From assembly GCA_951406725.2 (NCBI GenBank), contig OX597822.1:37572001-37636000 (forward strand): a DNA stretch of 64,000 bases, written 5' to 3'. Source of the DNA: Octopus vulgaris (taxonomy: Eukaryota). Below the pieces are notes generated by a model. It did not search any database and was not told the origin of the DNA. It saw only the letters and a program-made list of their open reading frames with translations. Of the stretch, positions 26,001 through 39,039 are shown in pieces. Each line of letters begins with the position of its first letter. Positions within the stretch are counted from its first letter, which is position 1. A program made the translations under genes and the position numbers.

Positions 26001-26309
26001 GCAATTTATGAAAGACTGCACTTCCATCACACAACCATTGTAAATATCAAGAAAACATTGTATTCCACTCCCTCCTCTAAGCCCATTCTTGAATCTGAGC
26101 ATCATGGAAGTAAAACTCTAATAATTGCTGCAAATACCAAACTTCACCCTTAATGTGGATCACATCCTTTACATAGTAATGACAGCATCTCGAAGACCAG
26201 CCTTTCTCAGAGTAAGCAGGTATTTCTCAACTTTAAAGGCCAGGATTACAGCTCTTTTTCTCCAGACCAGATCAGATTGAATCAGCTCTGACCAACAACA
26301 AAGCATTGG

Positions 26310-27090
26310 GTGTAACGTTTATGTCACAAGCAACTTTGAGCATGTCATGTGTAACAAGCACATTTGGGTGTAACATATTTACCAAGCAACTTCCATGTGA
26401 CATGTCTGTAACAAGCAATTTCTTGTGTGATGTGTCTTCACAGCTTTATTTATGTCAGTGCAATGAGCAACTTCAAGTGTGATGTATTTGTTAACAAAAG
26501 CTTCAGATGTGACATGTCTGTAACTCGCTACTTCAGGTGTGACATGTCTGTCTGTAACAAGCAACTTTCAGCAACAATCTTTGCTATGTTAAGGATGTAT
26601 TTCACAGGAAAAGATAGGAATAAGATCTAGGACTTGATGCAGTTGTGAGAGTTTTATTTGCATACTGCTGAGGGAGGTGGGGTTAAGGTGCTATAATATT
26701 GTCTGTAATAAGCAACTTCAAGTATGACATATCAGCAATAAGAAATTTCAGGTATGACCTGTATGATTCAAGCAACTTTAGATGTGACATGTATGTCTGT
26801 TACAAGCAACTTTAGATGCAGCATGTCTATTACAAGCAACTTAATGTGATATGGTTTCTGTTACAAGTAACTTCAGGCATGATATGTCCATTACAAGCAA
26901 CTTTAGGTGTAGTAAGTGTCTATTATAAGCAACTTCAGGTGCAACATATTTGTCTGTTACAAGCAACTTTAGAAGTGACATGCCTGGCTGTTACAAGCAA
27001 CTTTAGAAGTGACATGTCCGAGTTACAAGCAGCTTTAGCTGTACCATGTCTGGCTTTTACAAGCAACTTCAGGTGTTGCATGTCTGTGAA
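26310..27090. repeat. Same 30-bp minisatellite (right block, more diverged)
   Basis: Repeated (T/A)ACAAGCAACTT(C/T)AG(G/A)TG. Confidence 0.9.
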
Positions 27091-28128
27091 CAATATTTTC
27101 TCTGTACTCCAAATCAGAAGTAATTTTAGGATCAGAGTTAAATATGGCATTGTATATCCAAGTTTTGGCTTGACAAGATTCTATATCCAGTTTATCTCTA
27201 AAACTTCTCTGAAGCCAAACCTGACACCATTACCAACATCAGCAAAAGAAAAAAAACCTCTTTACTTTACTGGATTGTTTTACTCAGTCTTCATTCTAAA
27301 ATGTATTAATTTGATGATCTTACAGTTCATCACAACATGTGGACTGAAAGCCAATAACCAACTTGACCACACACACACAATTTGTAAAATGCTATAGCCC
27401 CGAGCCGACTGAAGCTTTGTGATTAAATTCGGCAGGCGGAATTTACTGCAGTGTGTGTATATGTGCATGGAGGTGCTTGTGCCTCTCCGAAAGAGAGAGA
27501 GAGAGAGAGGGGGAAGATTGGTGTGGTCACCAACTTAGCTTATTCTAGGAATTCTGTGAAACAGAATTAATGCAGGTTTCTGGTTTCTTTGGACTAGTTT
27601 GTTTATGTTTAGATATGTGACATACATGTGTATATATATATGTGTGTGTGTGTGTTAATACACACATGTTTTAAGGTAGTGCTAAACTACTGGGTCTACA
27701 GGTTAGACACTTCATTTGCTTCTAGTATCAGTGATTTTCAGCTGTTGTCAACAGCCTACAGAGAACTGGACTGTGCCAAGTTAACTTAGCTGAAACAAAC
27801 TCCAGTAATACTTCGCTTTATGGGGACACACTTTATAAGACCTCGAGTTTATGAGATTTATTTTGTAATGAATATAAAAAGGTTAAACAGCCATTTTGTG
27901 TGTGTGGCAATGTCACAACATGTAGCAACACTGGTTCTGATGCGTCTACACAGCAATGGAGTGAAATGACAGCATAAAATTTCATTGCTGCTATGGGAAA
28001 TTATTGCTCTGCTTTACGAGCAATCTCTGGAAACAAATTAACTTGTATATTGAAGCATTACTATAGATGGAAATTAATCCTTGATGATGATGCAGCATCT
28101 ATTAATTGCTGTAGATCTTTTTCTTAAG

Positions 28129-28166
<38 letters not shown>

Positions 28167-28594
28167 GCAAATTAGTTTTCTTTTCTTGTAATTTTTTTAG
28201 TTAAATGTTTCCTGAAAGTAAAACATTTTAAGTTACGTATGGCATCACAAGTGCCATTGGTTGAATGTATGCAGTGTTTATCTTAAATGTATCCATAGTT
28301 TAGATAAATGGAGTTGAAGGTGAGATATAGAATTGACAAGTAAAAAAAAAATAAAAGAAGCCATGACTAAACAAAGTTATGAAAGAGTAATTAGTGAAGA
28401 AAAGGTAGATATTTAGAAACAAAATCATTATTTAAATTTTACTCTTAGTTATCCTGCAATTGTTGACTAACCAAAAATTTGATGCTTATTTGTGTTTGGA
28501 TGTTGTTGGTGTTGTTTGCTGCTTTTGTTATTGCTGTGAAAAATCAACCTGAGACACAAAAGTAATTTGAAGTGGGTTTTTTTCTCAATTTCAG

Positions 28595-28641
28595 GGGAAA
28601 ATGCTGCTATTTTGGAAGAGAACAAATTATTAAAAGAAGAG
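28595..28641 (+). CDS. LRRFIP2: LRRFIP exon (G)ENAAILEENKLLKEE
   Basis: TTTCAG|...|GTATGT, phase 1-0, joins the next exon in frame as coiled coil. Confidence 0.8.
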
Positions 28642-29851
28642 GTATGTATCATTGATAACTTGGTCCCCTATTTCTACCACTTTATATTGGAAGATGGAGA
28701 GATATATTGGACTAAGGGAGTAGGGTGTTAATCAGACTTTTGAACCACTAAGTCTCCATAAGACTGCTGGTGTTCTATACAGAGACATAAAGGATTTTTC
28801 TGGAAGTGCTATTTGCTTTAGACTAGCAACTAAACCAGGAGAGCTTTTTCTCTTTTCACATATTTCTGGGTTGCTTGACCAAGGGAAAATTTGTGTTTGC
28901 TCTGTTTAACAATAAAGACATAGGGGATACATGGACGTACAATAGGTTGGCAGCTAAAGTTGGAAGAGAAGAAATTTACATGACATCTGCTGACCAGAGT
29001 CAAACATCAGAACACTATTTTTTGTGGCTCGTGGAACAGTTAACTTTATGCATGTCACAGAGCAACAGTTGGTGAGGACAGAATGAGCTGAGTTCATTGG
29101 ATGGAGTGAGATTTATAGTTTGTAGGGTAGTTTGGAGTTTGTAGTTTGGTGGTCATGTCAGGTTTTATAGTTTAGTAGGTTATGTGGGGTTACCTTTTAG
29201 CAGATTGTGAAGTTAGTATATCAAGGCTGCCCTACAAATTATAAGCTGAAATTTAATTAACCTGCACACAACCCCATCTCCATTACTTAATTGCTAACAG
29301 CAGAAACATACCAAAGACATCTGGCAATAATATGCCTAAACTCATTAGTGTTCAGATTGCTCAGCTAAATGTAATGCCTATTTATTCACATGTTTTCAAT
29401 TAATCGTGCATTATCTTGTAGCTTTGAAATTTTAATGATGTGGTTGTATATTTTTAGACTGACATTGTAGGGTAGGTGTGAGAGGCCAGATCTAGCCAAT
29501 TTGAGCATAAAACAGGTAGAATATTTGGGCAAGATATGGCCTGTTTGAATACTAGAGGGTTAAGTCACCTCATTAACACACTAGAGTTACCTCAGTTAAC
29601 ACACACAAGACTGACTTCATTAACACTCTGTAGTTACCTCAATAACATACAATGCCAGTAGTACATACTAGTAAAATCTTGTTAAATATAAGGGAATGGG
29701 ATTTGAGTTGATTATTTTGAATGGAAGACTATTAGAATTTACAACGGGTGGGTTTTTGCTTCCCACTTCCATCTGCTTATATTTTTTGTTATTTTGATCA
29801 TAATATGTAAATCCTAAGACTTGTGAAACAGATGTTGAAGTAAGCAATTAA

Positions 29852-30072
29852 CCCTTTCAATACCACTCCAGCTGAAACCAGTTCTGGTTCTGTAGTACAA
29901 ATGTCCTGTTTTCGTAAGTCTTGAATTAAAATCTTCCACCAAACCTTAGTCACAATTTATGTTCTTAACACTAGCTTAATGATAACTAAGTTATTTTCCT
30001 AAATTCTTTGTTGTATTTAAAATAATTGTAAGAAACACAGAGCACCTCAAAATAAATATGGTAATGAAAGGG
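29852..30072. mobile_element. piggyBac-type MITE, family A
   Basis: TTAA-CCCTTTCAATACC...GGTAATGAAAGGG-TTAA. Second copy at 42605-42824. Confidence 0.85.
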
Positions 30073-30238
30073 TTAAACAAGTGATGTAAATGTGTTGTGG
30101 ACTTAGAAATAGTTTGAAAGATGATGGCCTGTTCAATTGTGAGAAAGAGAGCAGGGGAAGGCATCAAATTTAGGCAAGTGTCTTTATCATTTTTGTTAAT
30201 GTTTCTTACTCTCACCTGCATTTCTTGTTTTTAAACAG

Positions 30239-30347
30239 GTTAAGAAGTTGACTCAGAACCTAGAAGAAGAACGTTCAAAGAAAAATGTTGACAATCACCA
30301 AATGATAGAAGCAAACGGTCCAGAAATGCAACTCTATGAAATACAAA
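30239..30347 (+). CDS. LRRFIP2: LRRFIP exon VKKLTQNLEEERSKKNVDNHQMIEANGPEMQLYEIQ
   Basis: AAACAG|...|GTAAGT, phase 0-1. Matches the recalled vertebrate IRKLKLQLEEERQK...NGSDLQFIEMQ. Confidence 0.9.
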
Positions 30348-30789
30348 GTAAGTTTTTGTTTTTGTTGTTTAACCCCAAGTCAGTCCAGACCATCCTGTGT
30401 TTTATTTAACTTAACTCTACTTGTATATATGTATGTATATTTTTATGATTATATCATTTTATATCTGTTTTTCCATACTGACATGGGTTGGACAAGTTTT
30501 CAGTACTGGCATGGGTCAGATGGTTTGATAGGGTCCAGTTAGCTAGAAGGCTGCTTTAAGCTCCAGTGTCTATTTGTGTATAGTTTCTACAACTGGACGC
30601 CCTTCCTAATGTCAACCACTTCAGTGTGTGTACGGGTACTTTTTACATGCTATTGGCACCACTAGTGAGGTCATCAAGTCGTCGAATACACACACACACA
30701 CACACACACATGAATGAATGCATGCATGCACATTTTTATGGTCATTATTATTTTACATCTGTTTTTACCATCCTGGTATGGGCTGGACA

Positions 30790-31900
30790 GGTTTCAGTGT
30801 CACCTGCTTATCACAGGCTGTCATCTAGCATTGAAAGGCCTTAAAGTAAACCTAGAATGTGTTTGGAAAAGTGGCTCTGCTTGATCTGCAATAAAGGTGT
30901 AGGTAAGAGTTCTAAATAATGTACCCACATGTAAATGAAGAGTACACAAACCAAGAATGGGTATCACTGACTAGATCACTTAGAAGATGACTTTGTATGT
31001 AGTTTGTGAACAGGAACTGTTAGCTATAAGAGCACCTGTGATATGAATTCCATTAAATGCTTGGAACATACCCTAGAAAATAATTGACAGTTTCATTGTC
31101 ACCTGCTTATCACAGGCTGTCATCTAGCATTGAAAGGCCTTAAAGTAAACCTAGAATGTGTTTGGAAAAGTGGCTCTGCCTGATCTGCATTAAAGGTGTA
31201 GGTAAGAATTCTAAATAATGTACCCACATGTAAATGAAGAGTACACAAACCAAGAATGGGTATCACTGACTTGATCACTTAGAAGATGACTTTGTATGTA
31301 GTTTGTGAACAGGAGTTGTTAGCAATAAGAGCACCTGTGGTATGAATTCCATTAAATACTTGGAACATATCCTAGAAAATAATTGACAGTTTCAGTTCCC
31401 AAGGTAACCTAATCAGTAATAAAAGTGGATACTTTGAAAGTATAGTAACCAGAGTAAGAATGGGATGAGAAAAGTTCAGGGTCCTATTTCTTTTGTTGGC
31501 AACAAAGAAGTTCTCTCTGTTCGTAAAGGGTGGATTGTGATGTTGCTTGGTAGAAAAATATGGAAATCGACTGAGGAAGATGGGTGAAGATTGGAATAAA
31601 TGAGGTGGACATTCTTCACTGGATCCGTGATCTTAATGGACATGAACAACTGAGCACAAATGAGCATTAGAGGAATGAGATGTTGTGTGTAAGAGAGAGA
31701 AGATTGAATCAGTTTGGACATTTGATTGTACATGTGACGGAGCCAAGTGATCCAAGTGGAAAGACATGGGAAGAAGTGGTTAAAATAAATCTCAGGAGAT
31801 TTCTCTAACAAAAGCAAATGATAAATGACTGCAACAGTAGTGTGACTCTGTGCTAGAGAATCTCATCTGACCTAGACAAGTATGTAAAATGATTAACCCA
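30790..31900 (+). mobile_element. Degenerate RTE (BovB-like) LINE 3' portion containing a 299-bp tandem duplication
   Basis: Remnants of CxIC.KGVG, ESIVTRVRMG and GHVxxM motifs. TCACCTGCTTATCACAGG occurs at 30800 and 31099. Confidence 0.7.
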
Positions 31901-32105
31901 CCTTATATATATATGAAAATTGAATAAATCAAGTCAACAGGAAGGAGTAGGTTTAGACAGCTATTTAATAAACACTACGCATGTTTTGATACAACATAGA
32001 TCCACATATACACAGGATGAATGCTTAAGCCTAGACTTGGAATATTACTGGCTATTTGGTAATTCTAAGGGTGAATGAGCTCTATTTTGTACTCTAATAC
32101 GTTCC

Positions 32106-32154
<49 letters not shown>

Positions 32155-32835
32155 CCCACAGGGAATTTTTTTTAGATGTACTAAATATGATGAGAATTAA
32201 AAAAGAAGAATTTAAATTCTGCCATTTTCAGAACAAAAGTTTAAATTCATCCAGTTCAGAATTCTGTAATGTCAAGTTTAATAGCTTTACCATTTTTATT
32301 TGTCAAGACAATCATAATTATCTTCCCTTGATACTCCCTCTTTAACTGACTTTTGTTCAACTTGTCTAGTTATATTATACATTTAATAAACCAAATTCAA
32401 TTTTCCCTCTCTAATCACTGGAAATCCTCTGCATATATTGTCCATGTTTCACTACCCTATACCGCCACACCTTATGCACTCCACATGTAGCCCTCTACAG
32501 TCACTCTCCATGTTTCATTACCATACCCAATACACAGCTTTTACACACCATGTACTGTCTTGTATATTAACTACCATAAACACCATCATATACATACACA
32601 ACAGTCTTCTACATAGGCTCTTTATATTTTACCTCCATACATCACACTACACAGAACCCTCTCTATTCGTTGTCCTTGTTTCACTATCATAGACATACAC
32701 ACAATGTATGTAATCCTCTACATTTACTGAGCATATTTTGTCTGCATGTTTCATGTACATTGTAGTTTATATGCAAGAAATAATTGAAAATATTGGTGCT
32801 CACCACTACAATGCATCTGTCTTTATTTTTTGCAG

Positions 32836-32915
32836 GAGAAGCTAGCAAACAGATTCATGAATACAAACTAAAACTACAGAAAGCCGAACAGGACATTGCT
32901 ACACTGGAGGGATCA
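32836..32915 (+). CDS. LRRFIP2: LRRFIP exon (R)EASKQIHEYKLKLQKAEQDIATLEGS
   Basis: TTGCAG|...|GTAAGT, phase 1-0. Matches the recalled LRRFIP2 [27 protein letters not shown]. Confidence 0.95.
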
Positions 32916-33038
32916 GTAAGTATTGCTTACTTGTCTCAGTTGAAGACCTACAGGTTTGTGTGGTACTGTGCAGGTATTTGTCACTTTGTCACAGCTGGTG
33001 AACTGTAGCTTGTGGGGTACTTGTGAGATATATGTGAA

Positions 33039-33373
33039 GGCACGTGGCTCAGTGGTTAGAGCGTCGAGCTTACGATCGTGAGGTTGTGAGCTCGAATCCC
33101 GGACCGGGCTGCGTGTTGTGTTCTTGAGCAAGACACTTTATTTCACGTTGCTCCAGTTCACTCAGCTGTAGAAATGAGTTGCGACGTCACTGGTGCCAAG
33201 CTGTATCGGCCCTTGCCTTTCCCTTGGACAACATCGGTGACGTGGAGAGGGGAGGCTGGTATGCATGGGCGACTGCTGGTCTTCCATAAAAACAACCTTG
33301 CCCAGACTCGTGCCTCAGAGGGTAACTCTCCAGGTGCAAACCCATGGTCAGTATCTGACCGAAGGGGGTCACC
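33039..33373 (+). mobile_element. Young tRNA-derived SINE, family C
   Basis: A-box TGGCTCAGTGG, B-box-like GCTCGAATCC, then core CTTGAGCAAGACACTTTATTTCACGTTGCTCC. CpG-rich. Related heads at 57820-58090 and 880-1210 (minus). Confidence 0.85.
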
Positions 33374-34431
33374 ATCACTTGTTACATCTGGAAACTTGTT
33401 TGTCATGTTTAAGGTTTTGGCGATCTATCACATGAAAGGTTCTGAATTCTCAAAGTCTTTACTGTTACAAGAAACAGTAGTGTATGTCCTGACATGGTTA
33501 GGAATATAGTTTTGAATATCAGAAGCTGTATGCTTTAACAGTAGTTAAAGTGATCCTCTTATTGCTACTGTATCCTGTTATTTTTATAAGGTACCTACAG
33601 AAACCTTAACTTCTCAGATGTAAGGGCCTGTCACAAAGATCCTTATCGCTAATGTTGCATGATTGCTTGTTAGAGTATGTTGTATTGTAGTCTAGCTGGC
33701 TGCATGTATTATAAACAAGGTGACTCGCAAACTATTAAATTTTAACATATTTATTGCTGGACATGATTTACTGCGTTGGCTGTTTATAAAAGAAAGATGT
33801 AGATATAATATAACCTCTGACTAGCAGGAGAGAACTGTGCTGTGGTACATCATGACTGTTTGAAGGCATTTTTTGTTTGAGGTGATCTATTTAAGTGCCC
33901 AAGGTGGTCAGATCTTGGCAGTCTGCTTGAATGCTCAAGGCCATCTGCCGAAGCTCTCTGGCTGAGTTATGCGCCAAGCAGTTTTTATAGGATGAAAAAT
34001 GAGTGAATTTTTGATCATCTGAGGAGCCATATTATGCCACAGCTCTATACTGATTGCTCAAATTATAGATCAATCACTTGAAATTATGGTGACTCACTTG
34101 TGACTCCTAACTGGATATCTTGTGGTTGGGGTTCGAATTCCCACCGATCCAACTATGTTAGAGAATCTGGTGTACTTAAGAACCTAAAGATTATTTCATA
34201 CACATCTGTAAGGTTTTTTTTTTGACACTGGAATTAATTTTCTTGTAGCTGAGTACAAGGATTAGTTAAGTCTTGTAGCTCAATACTGGGATTAGTTATG
34301 TCTGACTACTAGGATTAATTATGTCTTATAGCTAAACACTGCCTTTATGTGTTGCAGCTTATATTAGGATTAAGTTGTTGTATTTCTAAATGGGTTACTT
34401 GAAATTAATGCTGTAATAATTTGTCTTTCAG

Positions 34432-34536
34432 GTAAACAGACTTGACTCTCAGGTGAGACGATATAAAAGTGATGCAGAGGATTCTGAAAAGTTGGAAGAT
34501 GAACTGAAGCAGGAAAAGAGGAAACTTGTACGCGAG
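34432..34536 (+). CDS. LRRFIP2: LRRFIP exon VNRLDSQVRRYKSDAEDSEKLEDELKQEKRKLVRE
   Basis: TTTCAG|...|GTAAAT, phase 0-0. EDELKxEKRKL is a family motif. Confidence 0.95.
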
Positions 34537-35589
34537 GTAAATATCTCTGACATTTCACCTGTGGCTAATCATTTTTTCACTACACTTGACATTGCACTCA
34601 CCTCACCTTTCCTATAGCTGCTTCTAACACTGCACCTGTGGCCTATCACAGCCAACTGGGGAGCCTCTAAGTGGCTATTCAACCTTTTAGAAATAGCAGC
34701 TAATCTCTTTTAAATCACTCTTTGCCATCTTAAAAAAAAAGGACACAGATAACACACTCTTGGGTACAGGAAAAAAAGATGGGATGATCAAAACAGGAAT
34801 ACTTTTGATCTGGGTTGACCTAGGGTTAAACAACTCCCTCTTCACCTGTGGCTACCACTCGCATTGGATCTGAAACTTTTCATTTGTGGCTATCGCTGCC
34901 ACAGTTACTGTGGCTCCCTCTGTCATTCTACTATTGTAATGACCTCTGTCCAGCGGCTATGGTGTCACACTTCTATAGCTACGTCTGTTACAGTATCTTG
35001 GTCACACAACCACCTTGTTTCTTTAACAACTGTGTTTTAACAGTATATGTATATAAATAAGTCCATCTGCCTACATACCTCCTTCCCTCTCTTTGATAAT
35101 TCCTGTTGATAGTCACAGCTGTCTCTTCCTTCAGAAAAATAATCATTATTTAACCTCTGCTGTCCATGCTGGCATGGGTTGGATGGTTCAACAGGAGCTG
35201 CACCAGCCTCCAGTTGTCTGTGGTTTCTACAGCTGGATGCCCTTTTGAATGCTAACCTCTCTTGTTCTTCATCCTTTCTGTTTTTCTCTCTCACCCTTCT
35301 CTATTCTTCTCCTCTCCCCTTCACTGTTCCCTCTCTCTTACTCCTCCTCGACTCTCTCATCACTGACACGTGATCAGAGGGAAGCCATCTTTCCAACTGC
35401 TATCTTCACCAAGACCAGACCACTTATCCTGTCTCTCTCATAAGCTGTCTCCTCAAGCATTCAGAATAATTTTTCCATCGTCTTGGCTTAACAGCCCTCA
35501 TCGTTTGTTTTTACTGTTTTTACTTTTATTGTTTTGTTATTACTGTTCTGGTCTTGTTACCACTTTTACCCAAAAAATCCCAAATTTTA

Positions 35590-35820
35590 TTTAATTTGCT
35601 TTGCGGGAAGGACTGATTCAACGAAGTCGCGTCTTTTCCTTACCTTTGAAACGTGGAGTAGACGAAACAGGGACAACTGAAGAAGGGGAATATTCCTTGT
35701 GTTGTATGTCTTGTACTCTGTTTTTTCATTGTTTGAAAAAAAAGTTTGTTTCCATGTTTTTGTTTTTATATTTTCGTTTCTCATTGTGTTCAACGTTTTT
35801 TTGATGTCCTGTACCCATTT
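35590..35820 (+). mobile_element. Penelope-pLTR-like repeat; second copy at 59850-60072
   Basis: Shared CAGGGACA(A/G)CTGA(A/T)GAAGGGGAATATTCCTTG...GTACTCTG...TGTCCTGTAC. Sits next to (TA)n or (CAT)n. Confidence 0.55.
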
Positions 35821-36016
35821 ATGTATGTATATATATATATAGATGTAGGTATGTACATATATGTATATATGCATATATTTATATATTATTTATATTATTA
35901 TATGATCGCATGCCAAGCATCCTTTTCCAAGTAAGTATGTGTGTATGTGTATATATATATATAAGTCACTATATGTATGTTTATATATGTATTTATATGT
36001 TTTTGTGTATTTTCAG

Positions 36017-36118
36017 TTGCGAGAAGCCCAAAGTCAGATTGAAGAACTACGTAACCACAACAGCCACCTGCAGAAGAGGTTAGAGAAGATGAAACAGTCA
36101 CGGAACTTGGTCAAGTAA
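36017..36118 (+). CDS. LRRFIP2: LRRFIP last coding exon, LREAQSQIEELRNHNSHLQKRLEKMKQSRNLVK*
   Basis: TTTCAG acceptor, phase 0, NSHLxKRLEKMK family C-terminal motif, TAA at 36116-36118. Confidence 0.95.
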   Translation: MREAQSQIEELRNHNSHLQKRLEKMKQSRNLVK

Positions 36119-36157
36119 ACTCCTTGACCAATTCTTTTTCTTCTTCTACTTCGTCTA

Positions 36158-36226
<69 letters not shown>

Positions 36227-37149
36227 TATAGCATAAAGGAATCAAACATGTACCAGGAAGACATTCCTTTCACAAAGATATTTACAACAACAAAACAAAT
36301 ATTTAAAAAAAAATTAATTCTAAAAACAAAACAAAAAAAACTTAAAATGGGAGAACACCTACCCCACCAATGAACCCTTTAAAAAAGAATTGTTTTTTTT
36401 TTCCCCTTGACACTCCCAACCTTCTCCCACAAAAGGACCGAATGAAGAACCCGGAGAATTGTTAGCAGCATGGCATTTGCAACCCAATCCTATTACCAGC
36501 CTCAGTGCACATCTGCTCTTTTCGTTGTCCGTTGCCTGATGACCATTTTCTCCTTTTTTGTTTTTCATCTCCACGCAAGCCCCAGTCGTCACTGGAAAAT
36601 GTCATTGGTACCACCATACTGATGCCCTCGTCATCATCGGTAATGCCGCCAATCTCTTTGGCAATGCTACCATTTCTTTTGGTGACGTTGCTTTTGTGTA
36701 GGCTTGGCGGCAGCAGTGATGGTGGTAGTGATGGTAGCAGCTGTAACAAGCATGGACCTTGCTGTTGCTCCCACAAAGAATTGATCCCTTAACAGGCATT
36801 TTTAATGGGAGCTGTGTGTGGAATTGTGTAATACAAAGAAAAAAGAAAGGATTTTTCTGTGTATTTTTGGTTTATATTTTTTGTTCTTTTTTTTACCAAA
36901 ATAGAAGGAAAAATATACGTCTCCAGATTGATGATGGTGTTGATGGTGATAATATCTTTTTACCCTCCGCCTCCTCCCTCTTCTCCTCTTGCTCAACTCA
37001 CTCCCTATGTTACCCCGTTTTTTTTTTCCAGGTACTGCTTGAATCACTTTAGTTATCTGCAGGACAACTGGTGTGGTCACCTTTCTGCAATCATCCTTTT
37101 AATGTGTGAACACATACATGTATATGTGTCTGTAATGTTTATTGCTGTA

Positions 37150-37460
37150 GACATATGTATTATGTATATTTATATATAAATGTACATATATGCATGTGCA
37201 TATATGTATATTTATATATAAATGTACATATATGCATGTGCATATATATAGCTATGTATATATGTATATTTATATATAAATGTACATATATGCATGTGCA
37301 TATATATAGCTATGTATATAAATATATATATATATATAGCTATGTATATAAACATATATATATATATAATATATATATAGCTATGTATATAAACATATAT
37401 ATATATAGTTATGTATATAAACATATATATATATAGCTATGTATATAAACATATATATAT
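37150..37460. repeat. TA-rich compound repeat (ATATAGCTATGTATATAAAC units) in the probable LRRFIP 3' UTR
   Basis: Visible tandem units embedded in (TA)n. Confidence 0.8.
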
Positions 37461-38657
37461 TCATATGTACGTATGCATGTGTGTGTTAATTTATGAGCTT
37501 GTATGTGACTATACATACGTAAACACATGCTTACATCTGAGTACCTTGGTTTATACAATCCACACTGAATTATTATTATTAATATTGTTGTTATTATTAT
37601 TATTATTATTATTATTTTTAAAATTGTTTTTATATATCTCTTCTGACTGAAGTGCTCCAAAGGACACAATAACACCACCCAGCATTGCCGAACTCCTCCC
37701 ACCACCTGCTCTCGTTTCCTATAGGTGAAAAAAAAAAAAAAAAAAGGTTATATTTATATTTATGTATTTATTGTATACTCCTTTGCTATGGCTGAAAACT
37801 GGGTTGAGAGGATGGCAGATCAAAGTTGTTGCTGTTTTGTCCTTCCGAGCAAAGATTTTGACATTTCTGATCCCCTTTGATCACAAGACAGGGTCTGTGT
37901 TCACCACTGTAAACAGAGATCTTTGTCAATTTAACACATCATGTTCAGACAGGTATATATATGTGTATGCGTGTGTATATAAATATATATATATACATAC
38001 ACATACATGCTCTCGCACTCCTTCACATATTCAATGTATGTACATACACACACATTTATATATATATATATATAAATATAAATATAAATGTATGTACGTA
38101 CACACACATTTATATATATATATATATATACATACATACATACACACGCATATAGTATATTTACATGTATAGACTTGTGTACACACAGATGTCTTGGGCA
38201 AGGTACCCGAGCTCACCTAAATGCCACACAACTGTCATGTCCTGTGGATTGCAAAACGCTAAAAGGAAGATTGAAACCAACCAACTAAAATAAACAAAAA
38301 TAAGACAATTTTAAAAACTGTTTTAAATTGGTGAAGAAAAAAGAAACAAAAATAATTCTGAAAGTTCTGAATCTAGGTTCAAATCCTAGTTTATTCACCT
38401 CTCCCACCTTTTTTTAAAGCCTTTTTAAAATGTTAAAATTCTACAAGTGGCTGTTCCCACCTCAAATGTAAAGTATATTATTTTAATTTTATTATTATCA
38501 TTATTATTATTATTAATATTATTCTTATTATTATTGTGTGTAATATTTGTCCTTGTTGTCTTTATTTTGTTTGTTTCATTTTTTTTTGTTTTGAAATTGG
38601 GTGATATTTACTGATGTCAAAATATAATATTTCTAGGGAGCAACTATTTGGGTGAAA

Positions 38658-38663
38658 AATAAA
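38658..38663 (+). terminator. Candidate LRRFIP polyadenylation signal (another AATAAA at 38289)
   Basis: AATAAA at the end of a U-rich, transposon-poor stretch after the stop. The hexamer is common in AT-rich DNA. Confidence 0.3.
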
Positions 38664-39039
38664 AATTTTAAAAAACACTACAATCACATTGTCCCCTACT
38701 GTGTCAAAGGTCAGCTCTCTATCTAAACAAAGCTGATTATCTTGGTGACTTTTTTATGTAACTTGTTAGTAGGTGTGTATGACTGACCATTTGACTTTTT
38801 CAGGGTATCTGTGTCTCTTCGTCTTTATTTCTCTCTCTCTCACACACACTCAGAGCTGAGTCCATGCATAGACATAGTGTTGTTAATGCAGGTGTGCCTG
38901 TATTTATCTATCTGTCTATCCAATCACCCACACAAAAATATGTATGTATATAATAATGAACTATTAAGTTGATGGAAGTAGCTACACTCATTTACACACG
39001 TGTGTGTGTGTTTATGAATGCATGTATATATACACACAT

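Noticed and set aside
26816-27397. 193-aa ORF, the longest in the track
   Set aside because: An open frame through a 30-bp satellite, with no splice support or domain.
27951-27990. 12-bp hairpin containing ATGA and AAAA (SECIS- or miRNA-like)
   Set aside because: No GA quartet partner or second helix, stem too short for a pre-miRNA, and intronic position.
31960-32000. Hammerhead 3' half on minus (AAACATGCGTAGTG)
   Set aside because: No upstream CTGANGA box found; too degraded to call.
33039-33112. tRNA gene
   Set aside because: A and B boxes run straight into a multi-copy SINE core, and the acceptor stem does not pair well. It is a SINE head.
36462-36799. GC-richer ORFs downstream of the LRRFIP stop
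   Set aside because: No recognisable domain or consistent splice sites; best read as 3' UTR with triplet-rich low complexity.
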